From Octopus sinensis (lineage: Eukaryota), in NCBI RefSeq assembly GCF_006345805.1, contig NW_021833454.1:1-64000 (forward strand): a stretch of 64,000 nucleotides of DNA. The letters run 5' to 3'. The position numbers and the translations under genes were made by a program. A model generated the notes under the pieces. That model worked only from the letters and a program-made list of their open reading frames with translations, did no database searches and had not been told where the DNA came from. This document shows positions 39,024-52,840 of this stretch, piece by piece. Each line of letters starts with the position of its first letter. The first letter of the stretch is position 1.

Positions 39024-39054
<31 letters not shown>

Positions 39055-39118
39055 TGTATGTAATGTATGTATGTATGCATGCATGTATGTATGTATGTAA
39101 TGTATGTATGTATGTATT

Positions 39119-39157
<39 letters not shown>

Positions 39158-39171
39158 TGTATGTAGGTGTG

Positions 39172-39202
<31 letters not shown>

Positions 39203-39270
39203 TGTATGTAATGTATGTATGTATGCATGCATGTATGTATGTATGTATGTAATGTATGTATGTATGTATT

Positions 39271-39305
<35 letters not shown>

Positions 39306-39465
39306 TGTATGTAGGTGTGTATGTATGTATGTATGTAATGTATGTAATGTATGTATGTATGCATGCATGTATGTATGTATGTATGTAATGTATGTATGTA
39401 TGTATTTATATATGTATGTATGTATGTATGTATGTAATGTATGTAGGTGTGTATGTATGTATACA
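38335..39465. repeat. (TATG)n array with higher-order block duplications
   Basis: A block containing TAATG, GCATGCATG, TATTTATA and GTAGGTGT recurs three times in 39050-39455. Confidence 0.9.
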
Positions 39466-39477
39466 CACACACATATA

Positions 39478-39837
39478 TAGGGTGCGACGAGTAAATTGTC
39501 AGCATTTTATATTCTCAATTTCGCGCATGTGAATTGTTCATTTTTGAGGACATGTACTGAGAGTGATAAAAATCAAACATCCAGTCAACTTCATGGTGTT
39601 TCGAGTGATCGCTAGCGATGGCGACCTTATCCCTCCATTCATCTCCCCACGCAGCCTCAAACTAAATACGGAGGCCTACATCAAGTGCCTGGAGTGGGTA
39701 GTGTTGCCCTAGGTCAAGAGAGTGGCTGCTGGAAGACCCTATACTTGGCCACAGGACCCTGCACCATACCATACAAGCACGAGCACCCAGTCATGGCTGT
39801 TAAACAATTTCTGCGACCCATCACCTCTAACATCTGG
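39478..39837 (+). mobile_element. maT (DD37D-like) transposase fragment
   Basis: KHPVNFMVFRVIASDG..PPFI..LKLNTEAYIKCLE..VLP*VKRVAAGRPYTWPQDPAPYHTS..TQSWL. The third catalytic residue is missing, so the family call rests on motif similarity. Confidence 0.65.
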
Positions 39838-39956
39838 TAAATATATCTGTTAAAATGAGATGTCAGTGTTATTTTCATTTTAGCGTAATTTAGATTCGGC
39901 TCCATGGCGCTTTAAGTTTCGTGGACGCACAGAACTGAATAAAACTATAATTATTT

Positions 39957-40710
39957 TCTACTCTAGGCACGAGGCCCGAAATTTGGGGGGATGGGCCAGT
40001 CGATTAGATCGACCTCAGTACGCAACTGGTACTTAATTTATCGACCCCGAAAGGATGAAAGGCACAGTCGACCTTGGTGGAATTTGAACTTAGAACCTAA
40101 GGACAGACGAAATACTTATTTCTTTACTACCCACAAGGGGCTAAACACAGAGAGGACAAACAAGGACAGACAAACGGATTAAGTCAAATATATCGACCTC
40201 AGTGCGTAACTGGTACTTAATTTATCGACTCCGAAAGGATGAAATGTAAAGTCGACCTCGGCGGAATTTGAACTCAGTACGTAAAGACAGACGAAATACC
40301 TATTTCTTTACTACCCACAAGGGGCTAAACGCAGAGAGGACAAACAAGGACAGACAAACGGATTAAGTCAAATATATCGACCTCAGTGCGTAACTGGTAC
40401 TTAATTTATCGACTCCGAAAGGATGAAAGGTAAAGTCGACCTCGGCGGAATTTGAACTCAGTACGTAAAGACAGACGAAATACTTATTTCTTTACTACCC
40501 ACAAGAGGCTAAACACAAAGGGGACAAACAAGGACAGACATAGGTATTAAGTCGATTACATCGACCCCAGTGCGTAACTGGTACTTAATTTATCGACCCC
40601 GAAAGGATGAAAGGCAAAGTCGACCTCGGCGGAATTTGAACTCAGAACGTAACGACAGACGAAATACGGCTACGCATTTCGCCCGGCGTGCTAACATTTC
40701 TGCCAGCTCG
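39957..40710 (-). mobile_element. SINE multimer (head, 3 x 184-bp units, terminal unit with alternative tail)
   Basis: Unit junctions at 40113, 40297, 40481 and 40665 (period 184). Confidence 0.9.
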
Positions 40711-40794
40711 ATGCCTTGAATAAAACTATTATTAAATAATTTATGTAACCCCTACGAAATACGTTGAGTGCCGCTTCCTTTCGTTTGTTCACTC

Positions 40795-40839
<45 letters not shown>

Positions 40840-41094
40840 AAAGCGTTGGTATAACCATGATTTTCTGTTGATCGAATAGGTTAAGTTTCGATACCCACAC
40901 TGATTTGTGAATACACTATTGTATCGTATGATGCGTGGCAGGCATATTAGTACAGAGATGTACAATGATTTATTATACACTGAAATTATTATTACATGAT
41001 GAAGGCTGCGAAACAGCTGTAAGCCTAAGGATGACAAGGGGGTTAAATAAATATATTCCTCTCCCGTACCTCCTGACTTTTTATGGGTTATACA

Positions 41095-41282
41095 TATATT
41101 TTTTTCTTTCCTTTTTTTCTCTCTTTTTTCTCTCTCCTTGTTTCTTTCTGTGTTCCTTTCTGTAGAAGAGCGTAGGCTCGAAACGTAAAAGACTTTTTCT
41201 ATTCCTGAGCGTTATACTAATACATCTGTTTGTTTTGCACACCACCTGTCTTCGTCTTTTGTTTTTTTTCGTGAACTCTCCC

Positions 41283-41283
<1 letters not shown>
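41095..41283 (+). mobile_element. Penelope-type terminal repeat with hammerhead variant (41156-41191)
   Basis: CTTT-CTGTAGA-A-GAGC(GTAG)GCTC-GAAA-CG-TA-AAAG. Paralog on the minus strand at 49740-49890. Confidence 0.6.
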
Positions 41284-41314
<31 letters not shown>

Positions 41315-41671
41315 TTCCCTATATATATATATATACACACACACAAATTAACGTGTGTGTGTGTAGACAAGAGAAAACAGCCAGCACTGATCTGAATTTA
41401 CTACGTGATATGTAAAATTCTAGGTAGCGACAGATTTTCAAACGAATGAAAGTGCACACACACACACCACACACACACACACACACGAGTGCGCGTGGCA
41501 TGCATTCACACATCCACACAACACATGTTCCAGTGCGTATGTATACTTACATGTTCATATGAATGCACTGTTATGCTCAACGCCGCAGGCGCACTCGAGC
41601 AATCGGGACTGACGCTTTACTCAAAAGTACAAAGAGACAAACGGGCGCGGGAGCGCGCGCACACACACACA

Positions 41672-41712
<41 letters not shown>

Positions 41713-43123
41713 GTACATATGATAGGAAGGCAGCCACACAGACAGACAGCGCTGATGTAACAGATGTGTAATAATTGTTTAGACGGAAGTTGAATGAGTT
41801 GCAATGCTGAATGAAACGAGATCGATACCACCTGTTACCTTTAGGTTAATTCATACATCGCAAATGGTTGTTGTTGTTGGTGGTGGTGATTGTGGTGGCG
41901 GCGGTTGATGGTGGGTGTGATAGTGGTGGTGGTTGTGATGGTGGTGGTTGTGATGGTGGTGGTTGTGATGGTGGTGGTTGCATTGGTGGTAGTAGTTGTG
42001 GTGGTGGTGGTGGTGGTAATTGTGGTGAGTATATAGATTGTGCTAATAATGGTGGTGGTGGTGGTCATAGTCGTGGAGGTGATAGCGGTGTGGAGATGAG
42101 GAGTATCGTAATGGTGTATGTTGGTAACAATTTCTTTTCAATCCTGTTCGAGTTGACCTCTATGACCAAGTGTCTTCCTGACGTGACCAGCCAGTCTTGT
42201 ATCTTTTCAGCCATGATATATCTTGGGCTCTGTCCCTGAATGTGTCCTTTTTCTTTTAAAGGAAAAGCACATGGTTAAGTGCGATTTTACGGAGATGTGG
42301 TTACTATTTTTTGCAAATCGAGTAGCAACGTGGAAACTTCCTCCTGGTTTTGGACTCTTCCTTGATTTAACAGCCTGTAACCCCTAAAGAGTAGCCGTAA
42401 TTTCTAAAATATCATGTTTGAAAAAAAATCGTGCGCGTGACAAGAAACTGTCTCGTAGAGGGGGGTCTCCCATTAACGAATAACAATGTAATAAACGAGA
42501 AGAATTCGAGAAGATTAGTAATGATTGGTTCCGGCAGAAAATGGTTTCTATCAGTAATCAAAGATGCCGAGGAAGAAATAGACGTTTTGCTCGAAGCATT
42601 AATAAGTTAACTAAATAATAAAGTGGTGTAATGGGTCGAGAAATTTTTACCATATGAAAATTACAGCTTTGGTTATGAGAATAATCATTATGTAAATGAC
42701 TAATTTCTGATAAAAACATAATAAGCATCACGCTTCACTGTTACAATATGGGTCAGTCGGTGAGTAGAGTTAACGATACTTGGTGTGACCGGGTAGTGCA
42801 TAAGAGAATACCTCTCTCCCTTTCTTCGGACAGTCACGATTGTGAATATTAAAGCTGTAATATTTTTAGTTATTGATTAGGATTAATTAATGAATTATTT
42901 CAAATAGTATGTCTCCTAAATTCCTGTCAGACAGACATATCTCCTCTCACCTAATTCAACCACAACATTCATGACATACATTTAAAATCGATATTATAGA
43001 TATCAGCTTTTTTCGCTAATGTAAGAAACATACTTTTATACTGTGTGGTTGTTTATACTTTTCATGTTTTGTGAAAATATTGCTGTATACATCGTGAGTT
43101 TATGGTATTTATATATTCTAAGG

Positions 43124-43492
43124 AGCAGGAGCGGCTGTGTGGTAAGTAGCTTGCTTACCAACCACATGGCTCTGGGTTCAGTCTCACTGCGTGGCACCTT
43201 GAGCAGGTGTCATACTATAGCCTCGGGTCGACCAAAGCCTCGTTCGTGGATTTGGTAGACGGAAACTGAAAGAAGCCCGTCATATGTGTGTGTTTGTCCA
43301 GCATCCCCAACCATCGCTTGACAACCGATGCTGGTGTGTTTACGTCTCCGTAAATTAGCGGTTTGGCAAAAGGGACCGATAGAATAAGTACTAGGCTTAC
43401 AAAGAATAAGTCCTGGGGTCGATTTGTTCGACTAATGGCAGTGCTCCAGCATGGCCGCAGTCAAATAAAAGACTAAAAGAATAAAAGAATAA
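43124..43492 (+). mobile_element. tRNA-derived SINE (near full length)
   Basis: Head GCGGCTGTGTGGTAAG...GGGTTCAGTC through tail CAGCATGGCCGCAGTCAAAT. Confidence 0.85.
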
Positions 43493-43717
43493 GGCGGTGA
43501 GGTGGCAGAATCGTTAGCACGCCGGACAAAATGCCTAGTGGTATTTCGTCCGTTTTAACGTTCTGAGTACAAATGCTGCCGGTGCCGACTTTGCTTTTAT
43601 TCTTTCTGGGTGGATAAAATAAGTACCGGTTGAGCAATGAGGTCAACGTAAAAGACTAAACTCCTTCCCTCAAAGTAGAAAGGAATGTAATAGATTTTAT
43701 TTTGTGCCTGCTGTCAG

Positions 43718-43767
<50 letters not shown>

Positions 43768-44043
43768 GAACGAGACAGTTTCTTGCCAGGTGCACGATTT
43801 CACCATTATTTACACAGTTGCTCAGGTATCAACAGTCAATTGGACACCAATATTGTCCTCCGTTCTACACATGATAACTCACACAGATAAATGATAAACA
43901 CAGCAACTGTGTGTAGCTTCAATGTACAGTTGTTTTTGTTTTTATCTTTAAAGACGACTATCATTTTTTTTTTTTAGCCAAAAAGGAAATCAGAGCCAAT
44001 AAGCCTTTTTTACGCGAGCATTGAAAGTGGTGGAAGATGAGGA

Positions 44044-44265
44044 GCTGGCAGAAACGTTACCACGTCGGGCGAAATGCTTAGCGGTATTTCGTCTGCGTTA
44101 CGTTCTGAGTTCAAATTCCGCCGAGGTCGACTTTGCCTTTCATCCTTTCGGGGTCGATAAATTAAGTACCAGTTACGCACTGGGGTCGATGTAATCGACT
44201 TAATACCTATGTCTGTCCTTGTTTGTCCCCTCTGTGTTTGGCCCCTTGTGGGTAGTAAAGAAATA
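44044..44265 (+). mobile_element. SINE monomer (multimer family) with 12-bp TSD
   Basis: GGAAGATGAGGA at 44032-44043 and 44266-44277. A box TGGCAGAAACGTT, B box GAGTTCAAATTCC, MetaSINE-like core GTCGACTTTGCCTTTCATCCTTTCGGGGTCG. Confidence 0.9.
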
Positions 44266-45871
44266 GGAAGATGAGGAAACCAGAAGGATTTCAGAAGCCT
44301 GACACCCGGCTTGGCTGTTTGTAGCAGAAGGACTCTGCAAAAGACGACCAAAGTCCCAGGTGATGGTGCCAAATCGGGCGTCGGAATAATTCTACCACCC
44401 GACAAGGATATAGCAGGATTTGAACTCAGAACGCAATGAACCGAAAAAATACTGTAAAGTATTCTATTGATGCTCCAACGGTTCTACCGGTTCGCCAACT
44501 GTTCGTGTTCGATACAAACACATATATATTCATAAACACACCAACACATAGACACATACATATACACACACAATGCATACATACGTGTCTACATATATCT
44601 ATGTGCTTATATGTACACACACACATATATATACATACATATATATATACATACATATATGCATGCATACACACACACATATATATACAGACAGATAAAT
44701 AGATAGATTAGATAGATAGACAGATAGATCGATCGATAGATAGACAGACAGATAGATAGGTATATAGATAGACAGACAAACAGATAGATAGATCGATAGA
44801 TAGACAGATAAATAGCTAGATAAATAGATTGATAGACAGACAGACAGACAGATAGATAGATCGACAGACAGATAGATAGATGTGTGAGTACACACACACA
44901 CACACACAGACATCTATATACATGCGCACAGTTACACATTTCAAAAAGCTGTTCTACCATCACCGGTTAGGGTTCCGTGCTTGATGCTGTTCTTTTACTG
45001 CCATTTGATAGAACGAATTCATTTTCATGATGGCATTTCGAAATTAACTCTCATCTTTTATTTAACAACTTAAAGCATTGGTGAGGATGAAGCATTTTTT
45101 CATTATTACGGGGGTTGTACGATTTAGAACAGGCGTTGTATTTGTTGCTAAAATGTACGGAGCAGGTCATACTAGACATTACTAATGCCATTATGTTTTA
45201 AATCCCATATGTATTTTGATAATGCAGCGCCATTTGTTTCGTCGAAAGCTTCAAATGTGGACTTGTAATTTAGACACTGGCTTTTCAAATTGCTCTAATA
45301 CATTCCAATATAGGATTTAAGAGATTTTTTTTCTCAGCTGGGACACTGTAGTTAGGTAGATTAGCGATTCGGCTTTGTATTGTTCGCAAAGTCATTGAAT
45401 TACCGGATGGTTTGGAGGGCCCAGCTGTTGACATCAATATGAGGTCACACGTTACCACACAAAACAACAACAACATAACACAAAATAGAAATACAAATTA
45501 ATTATAGGAAACAATACAGAGAAATCTGAAAGAGAACGGAATAAAGGAAAAAAGCTACAATTCCGTGGCAAAAGAAAATTGCTTTATTGAATCAAATGGA
45601 AAATGTATTTTCTTCAGACAAATCAAAATTCTTTTGCTGCACCCACACTTGTTTTCTTCTTTTCATACTAAGTCAGTAACTGAACTACAGCCATGCTGGA
45701 GCACCGCCTGCAAGAGTTTAGTCGATCAAATTGATCATGGTGCATGTTTTCGAAGTCCGGTACTTCGTCAGTCGTACTCTTTTACAGAACTGCTTGGTTG
45801 TGGGGATATAAACAATCCAACACCGGTTGTCAAAATACAGGACTGACACAAATACACACACAAATAGATAG

Positions 45872-45908
<37 letters not shown>

Positions 45909-47133
45909 TAAAGTAAGAGACAGACAGATAGTTAAACAGAGAGATAGACAGATAGACAGACAAACAGACAGATAACTAGTTAGATAGATAGATAGATAAT
46001 TAAAGAGAGAGAAACAGAGACAGACACAGATAGACAGAGAGATAGGTAGACAGACATATAGATTGACAGACAGACAGACAGACAGATAGATAGATAGATA
46101 GACAGATAGGCAGACAGACAGATAGATGGATGGATGGATAGATAAACAGAGTAGAATATTTCTGGATATATCATATAACCGGATCACCATTGGTTTCGTG
46201 TCTATTATTGCACTTGGTAACACAGGCAGCTCATCAGATTTGCGTGTATGCAGGTATGCAGGTATGTATGCAGGTATGTATGTACATATATATGTGTGTA
46301 TTTGTACATATATGTATGTATGCATATGTATGTATACATATGGATGAATGATATGCATATATATACATGTATACATACGCACACACTCAAAGTTATAGGC
46401 ACTCACTCACACACGTGTGTGGGGGGGGGGATAGGCGGAGTCAGCACTTGTGTTCAGCGTTGGACACTCATCTTTAAGGATGCATGTGTACACATGCATG
46501 TATGTGTGTGTGTGTGTGTGTGTGTGCGTGTGTCTGTGTGTGTGTGTCTGTGTAAGCATAAGCTTCTCTGCAGACGTTTACCTGCATGTGTGTGTATATA
46601 TGTATACAATTAAGTATGGTAGCATGTGCGTGTATATGTACAGGTATTTACGTCTATGAGTGTATGCGTGTGTGTGTGTGTGTGTATGCGTATGTGTGTG
46701 TGTGTGTATGTGTGTGTGTGTGTCTACCTTTCTCTTTACTCTCTCTCTCTCTCCCTCCCTCCCTCCCTCTCTAAACGAGGTGTTATATTTACGTCACTTC
46801 TCTAATTTTCTTCCTGTTCTTCTTCTTCTTCTTGTTGGTGTTGGTCATTGTCAATGTCGGCGATGTTGTTATTATTGTTGGTGTTGTTGTTGTTTTTGTC
46901 GTCTGTTTGTTCTTTTATTCACCTCGAAATGAGTTTAGTTAAGTCTAGAACAACAATAATTGTTGTTCTCGTTGTTCTTGTTGTCTTTTGTTGATTTTTT
47001 TGTCGCTGATAAAGGCATTCCACCGCCATTAAATGGAGACAGTGTTTAGGGGTAGGACACACTCACACACTTACACACACCTTCTTGCTCATTTGCTCAC
47101 CTCTGTCTCTCCTCTCACCACATATATATATAT

Positions 47134-47166
<33 letters not shown>

Positions 47167-47312
47167 CATATGCATACAGACACACATATATACGCACAAG
47201 CACATACAACATACATACAAACATATATACACATCTTTATACGAATGTATATACATTTGTGTATGCGTCATCGTGTATTATACTTATATGTATACATACA
47301 TGCCTACATATA

Positions 47313-47378
<66 letters not shown>

Positions 47379-47429
47379 AATAGAGAGAGAGAGAAATAGA
47401 GAGAGAGATGTATAGATAGATAGACAGAC

Positions 47430-47497
<68 letters not shown>

Positions 47498-47639
47498 GTA
47501 CTTGTAATTAGTTAGCACACGTAGACAAGGTAGTGTGGTTATGAAATTTGCTTCGTGGTTTCAGGTTCAAGCGCAGCACCCTTTTCCTTGAACATGCTAG
47601 TGTTTAATTCATTTATCATTATCATTATTATTATCATCA

Positions 47640-47680
<41 letters not shown>

Positions 47681-47689
47681 TTATCATCA

Positions 47690-47732
<43 letters not shown>

Positions 47733-47789
47733 CATCATTATTATTATTATTTTATCATCATCATTATTATTATTATTATTATTATTATT

Positions 47790-48342
47790 GAGTGAGAGAG
47801 CAGTTCATGCCATCAAAGTGACACTGGGGTAAAATATACGAAGCCCAATATACCCATCATGACTACCCGTCTGATAAAGGTACACCAGGCACATGCATCA
47901 CAACCATATGTGCGCGACATGGTGATCTCATATCAAGATAAACAGCACATGACCTTGCAGGTGGGGCCCAGTTAGAATTTTCTTCAGGTTGAGTAGCCCA
48001 TCCCGCTCAAACGGTCCCTGAATAAGGGTTGCTTAAGGATGTTGAAAGAACCACCCATGTTTCCAGAGGTGAACTATTCAAACCCCAAAGAATCCCTCTC
48101 AACACATGGCTATGATGCTCCCCCACTACTTCTGCTCGTGATCAGAGATGCACATATCGTCAGCCACTAGGGATATGCTCAACTGGTTAAGGTCAAACAA
48201 CTGACAAGCAAATCTGTGGTATTGAGCAGAATATTTGCTGTAGCCCATCTTTTATACCAAGACAAAACAATGTACATGATAACACTTCCAATCAGTTAAG
48301 ATCAGAAGCCATGAGAGCCACTGCCTGGTACTGCATCAGGGC

Positions 48343-48345
<3 letters not shown>
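47790..48345. mobile_element. About 555-bp non-coding element embedded in an (ATT)n array
   Basis: Sharp boundaries with (ATT)n on both sides and no ORF. TE status is inferred. Confidence 0.5.
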
Positions 48346-48402
<57 letters not shown>

Positions 48403-48430
48403 CATTATTATTATTATTTTATCATCATCA

Positions 48431-48527
<97 letters not shown>

Positions 48528-49257
48528 TTGTTTTCTTGCTGTTTTAACTTCAAGTTGACCAATACCTTGTGAGTGGAATTTGGCGAACGGAATCTGGTCA
48601 GCCCGGCATCTTATGACAGGAAAGCTCCTTTCAAATTCAGGTAAAGTCCAAGCGACTCGCATCCAAACAGCTACCGTCTGTCTAACTTCGCCGAAAAGGC
48701 ATGGGTCCATCTGAAACTGTGCTAAAAGAAACTTTCCCAAGATGTCGACCAGATCTGAAGGTTCTAGCAGGGGCAAAGTAATGCTTCTACCTACGGTCCA
48801 AATATCCGGTTTGTAAATATAACAAATTCCCCAGTGGAAGAGCAAGCGCGTCGGATAGCGCGAATGCCGTAGCCGTAAGCGCCATTCGTTGTTGAGGGGC
48901 ATGTTCGGAATTTCACTGGGAATACAGGTTCGAACGCGATCCCCGGTCCCGTGCATACACACTTTCGTTGTATGGTTGGACTACAAGTGCCGTCTGTGAC
49001 ACCGTATTGTTTGGTCTTTATAGTTTAATGCGGAGAGATTACGGGTCCTGGCGGGGCTGATATATTAAATGAGGGATCTAATAATGTTGATACTGTGTTA
49101 TTTGCAAGCCTATTATAAAAACTTTCTTTCCGTGACCATCCCACTCTACCCTGATCTCCAGAATCCCCTAAGTAGGCCTACATTAGCCAATGTTTCAATG
49201 CTATACTATACAGCAGAATGAATGTAAAGAATTTATCCAACACTGTATACACACACA

Positions 49258-49310
<53 letters not shown>

Positions 49311-49739
49311 CGAAAGAAGGTTTGAAAATGCAATTTAAAAGATGTTTATTTACTTTACCGGTTTCACTCTTTGGAAAAAGATTGTCAAAAGTAACATGTG
49401 GAGATTTGGTTGTGTTAATTATTGGTTGTTGCAAATTGCTACATTACATATATATATACAGTCTTTGGTAACAGGGACATGTTAAGGACATGAAAAAGTT
49501 CAACAAGTTCCTTAAAATATGGGGCAAAAAAGATTACATAAATAATCGTTCTCAAGATAGTTTCCAGAAGGAATTGATATTGGTACTGTATCTGTATATT
49601 CAAACATGCACAGAATATTGGTTGACACAGAGTACTATAATCCATATAAATATACAGTCTTTGGTGACAACAGTATGTTGAGAATATAAAAAAGTTTAAC
49701 AAGCTCATTGAAGTAATGGGCAGAAAAGATTAAAACAAA

Positions 49740-49890
49740 TATATTTATATGTATTAGTATAACGCTCAGGAATGGAAAAAGTCTTTTACGTTTCGAGCCT
49801 ACGCTCTTCTACAGAAAGGGACACAGAAAAAAAACAAGGAGAGAAAAAATGTGTGTAGTGGCTAACGATCTATCATGGCGACTGATATAT
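49740..49890 (-). mobile_element. Penelope-type terminal repeat with hammerhead variant (49783-49818)
   Basis: Reverse complement paralog of 41095-41283 with the same CTGTAGA core. Confidence 0.6.
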
Positions 49891-51719
49891 ATATACGCAG
49901 TCGCATATACCCTGTCTTTATATATACAACGTCTTTGCAGGTGGAAAAACAGGTGAGATTAATCTGGTTAGAAATGCCGTGTTGGCATTTCACCAGTTTT
50001 CCCCGTAACAATCCGCGGCGATACTCTTTTTAAAGTCAATTTTACTAACAGTTTCACTAAACCAGAATTGACCGATTTGCGTAGATAACGCATTCTTAGC
50101 AGCTAGTTGGTTTAATAAACTACTGCAGCATTAACGATGTTTATTTCCATGTGTCTGACCATCTCTAAAAAGACAGAATGCGATTTCAGGGTGATTTAGC
50201 TGCTATGTCTTGCAAATCCAGTGCCAACATAGAGGCTGTCTTGTTGGTTCATAATAGCAGTGGTGGTCATGGTTGTGGCTGCTGTTGTTGTTGTTGTTGT
50301 TATTCCTGTTATTACTGTTGATATAGCTTTATTGCTATTGTTGTTGATACTGTTGTTGTAGCAATTGTTGCTGTTTTTGTGATTATTTTTGTTGTTGTTA
50401 TTGTTACTGTTGTTGTTGTTGTTGTTGTTGTTATTGTTGTACCAGAAAACTCTAATAAAGCCAATTTTTCAGAAAGTGTCATGAAATTAATGTTATTTTA
50501 GAATTAGCAAAGCTTTCATTCATTGTCTCTCTCTGTCTTACTTTCTTCTTTCTTTCTTTCTCTTTTTCTTTCTTTTTTTCTCTTTCTTTCATTAACTCAC
50601 CTTTCAATTCACCAATATTTCTCTACTTCAGCCCCATCCGTTTTCTCAAATGTACTCAGGCACACACACACACACACATGCTCACACGCCAACATACAAA
50701 TGTGTAATCACACACAACATACACACTAACACACAACCATATGCACAACAATCTACACGTCCACAAACACATTGTCCAACACACAGTCACAGCACGCAGG
50801 AACAAATACACACACTCACACGCATACACGCACACAGAGAAACACATGTTCACCAATCCGATACAACCACCACCACCACCACCACTACCACAGCCACCAC
50901 CACCGCCGCCGCGACCACCACTACCACCACAACCACCAATACCACCACCACCACCACCACCACCACCAAATAGGCAGCGAACTTGGCGGAATCGTTAGAA
51001 AGCTGTACAGAGTTCGCGGTATTTGTTCCAACTTTGCGATCTAAGTTCAAATCTAGCAGAAGTCAATTTCTCGTTCAACCTTTCGCGGATGGCGAATAAA
51101 ATATCTGGCAATTCCCGTAATGGTCTACTTGGATGGTAGACTCACTCCACCACCTACATGAACACCGCCACCTGGCGACCTTTTCAGTACCTTTAATGGA
51201 GTCCACTCTGAATAAAGCATTCAGGCCATATCTCCAGTCAAAGGATACCAGTGTTGTTGCTGCTGCTGCTGTTGTTTTTGTTGTTGGTGGTGATGGTGGT
51301 GGCGGTGTTGGTAGTGGTGTTGGTTGATAATAGTTTAATAGTAGCACCGGTTTTGGTGATGCTGCTGTTTGTTGTTCTTCCTGATTTAGCGATATCATAA
51401 ATACTTTATTTTCTTGAAAATAGATAGCAGAGATTTCATATTATGTCAACAAGTCGAGATGAGCTATAGTTATTTCCGCATTTATGAGTGTGGACTGGTT
51501 TACGGTATCATCTTTAGGAACCGGAGTAGTTGACATTTAGTCCTTCTTTAAGTTCAAGGTTCAAATTCCGCCAAGGTCGACTTTGCCTCTCATCCTTTCG
51601 GGGTCGATAAAGTAAGTACCAGCTGAACACTGGTGTTGATGTAATTGACCCACCAAAATTTCAGGACTTGGGCCTATTGTAGAAATGATTATAAGTATTT
51701 TTCTGTCATTTATAAAATA

Positions 51720-52840
51720 TTTTATCTTATGATATTAATCTGTAGTGCATAGTTGACATTGCCTTGTTCAATTTTCGTAGGAGTGTCGTGTTTAATAAAT
51801 CATCAAAGAATATCAAAATGATCATATCGTTCTTTCAAGTCCCATACATATCTGGTGAATGTTGTAGCGCTCCTCTTTCCCTTGTACTTGAATTTAGATT
51901 TATGTTTGAGTAAACAGTTTTTAAAGGTGCATTTGTTCATATCAATATAAATGGAAGCGATCTGCCCGCGATTTCAACTTTGTTTCACTGAAATTTGCTT
52001 TTGTTGAATATGATTTATTAAGGTGGTAGCTCTTTTTTTCGTTTGCATCAACACTCAAGTTTGATGTTATTCAGAGTTGACACAACTTTACCTTTGTTAC
52101 ATAATTTATGATTGCATGGAAAATGGCTTTCAAAAACGCCGGACCATTTGCCAGTCATTCTTAATTGTAAAATTTTTATTGAGGGAAAGGTAGTTTCTGT
52201 TTGTTATTTGCTGCGTATGCATGGCTAATAAATTGCTTTGCCTTTAAATCCGCTCCTCTTTGTAGCATTATGATGATAATGTCAGCTTTATTGAATGTTG
52301 CTACATCTGAGAAGGCGTTATTTTTCTACATATATTGCTAGCTTATTTTTTCAATGTATCTGCATGAGTTTTCATTACTTTTTTTTTCATCTGGTTGATA
52401 TCTACAGCTCTCTAGGTTTAATGTTATGTCTAGAAAATTTTCACTGCCAGTAATTGAAACATTAAATCAAATGTGGAAAAAATATCTATGTATCTCGCTA
52501 TCTAATGCACTACTACATAGTTCAAGGTTGCAAAGCCATCATCTCTGTACAGTCACATGTCTGGTGTTTTCAATTTTGGTGTTTCTAAAAAGCATAATGT
52601 ATAAGAGAACCAGCTCAAATAACGCGCCCCAGTCGTAGCCATCCAGTTTGGAATCAAATAAGACCAGTGTTTTTCACAAACATTGAATCGTTGTTGAAAA
52701 CCAGAAATTTTATAGCGTTCGTTATTATTTTAACATCATTTCTATTAATGATGGCACACATCCTTCCGTATTCCAATTCCTCTGTGAGAAACGGTTTGGC
52801 AATTAACGAGTAGCACTCGGCAATGTCGAACGGGGTGAAA
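51720..52840 (-). pseudogene. Decayed Penelope-like element ORF (RT plus GIY-YIG endonuclease)
   Basis: Minus-strand motifs in order: FDIAECYSLI, LFDSKLDGYDWGALFELVLLYI, RYIDIF, NFLDITLNL, HFPCNHKL, YIDMNKCTFKNCLLKHKSKF, TRYVWDLKE, CQLC. Confidence 0.8.

Noticed and set aside
41551-41660. CpG-rich patch ending in a GTAAGT donor on the minus strand
   Set aside because: Could be a UTR exon, but nothing beyond the donor match supports it.
42070-42255. Minus frame KGHIQGQSPRYIMAEKIQDWLVTSGRHLVIEVNSNRIEKK
   Set aside because: No recognisable homology and no convincing donor site.
45404-45424. Possible 21-nt microexon on the minus strand (CAG|...|GTAATT)
   Set aside because: Such matches arise by chance in 64 kb, and there is no supporting homology.
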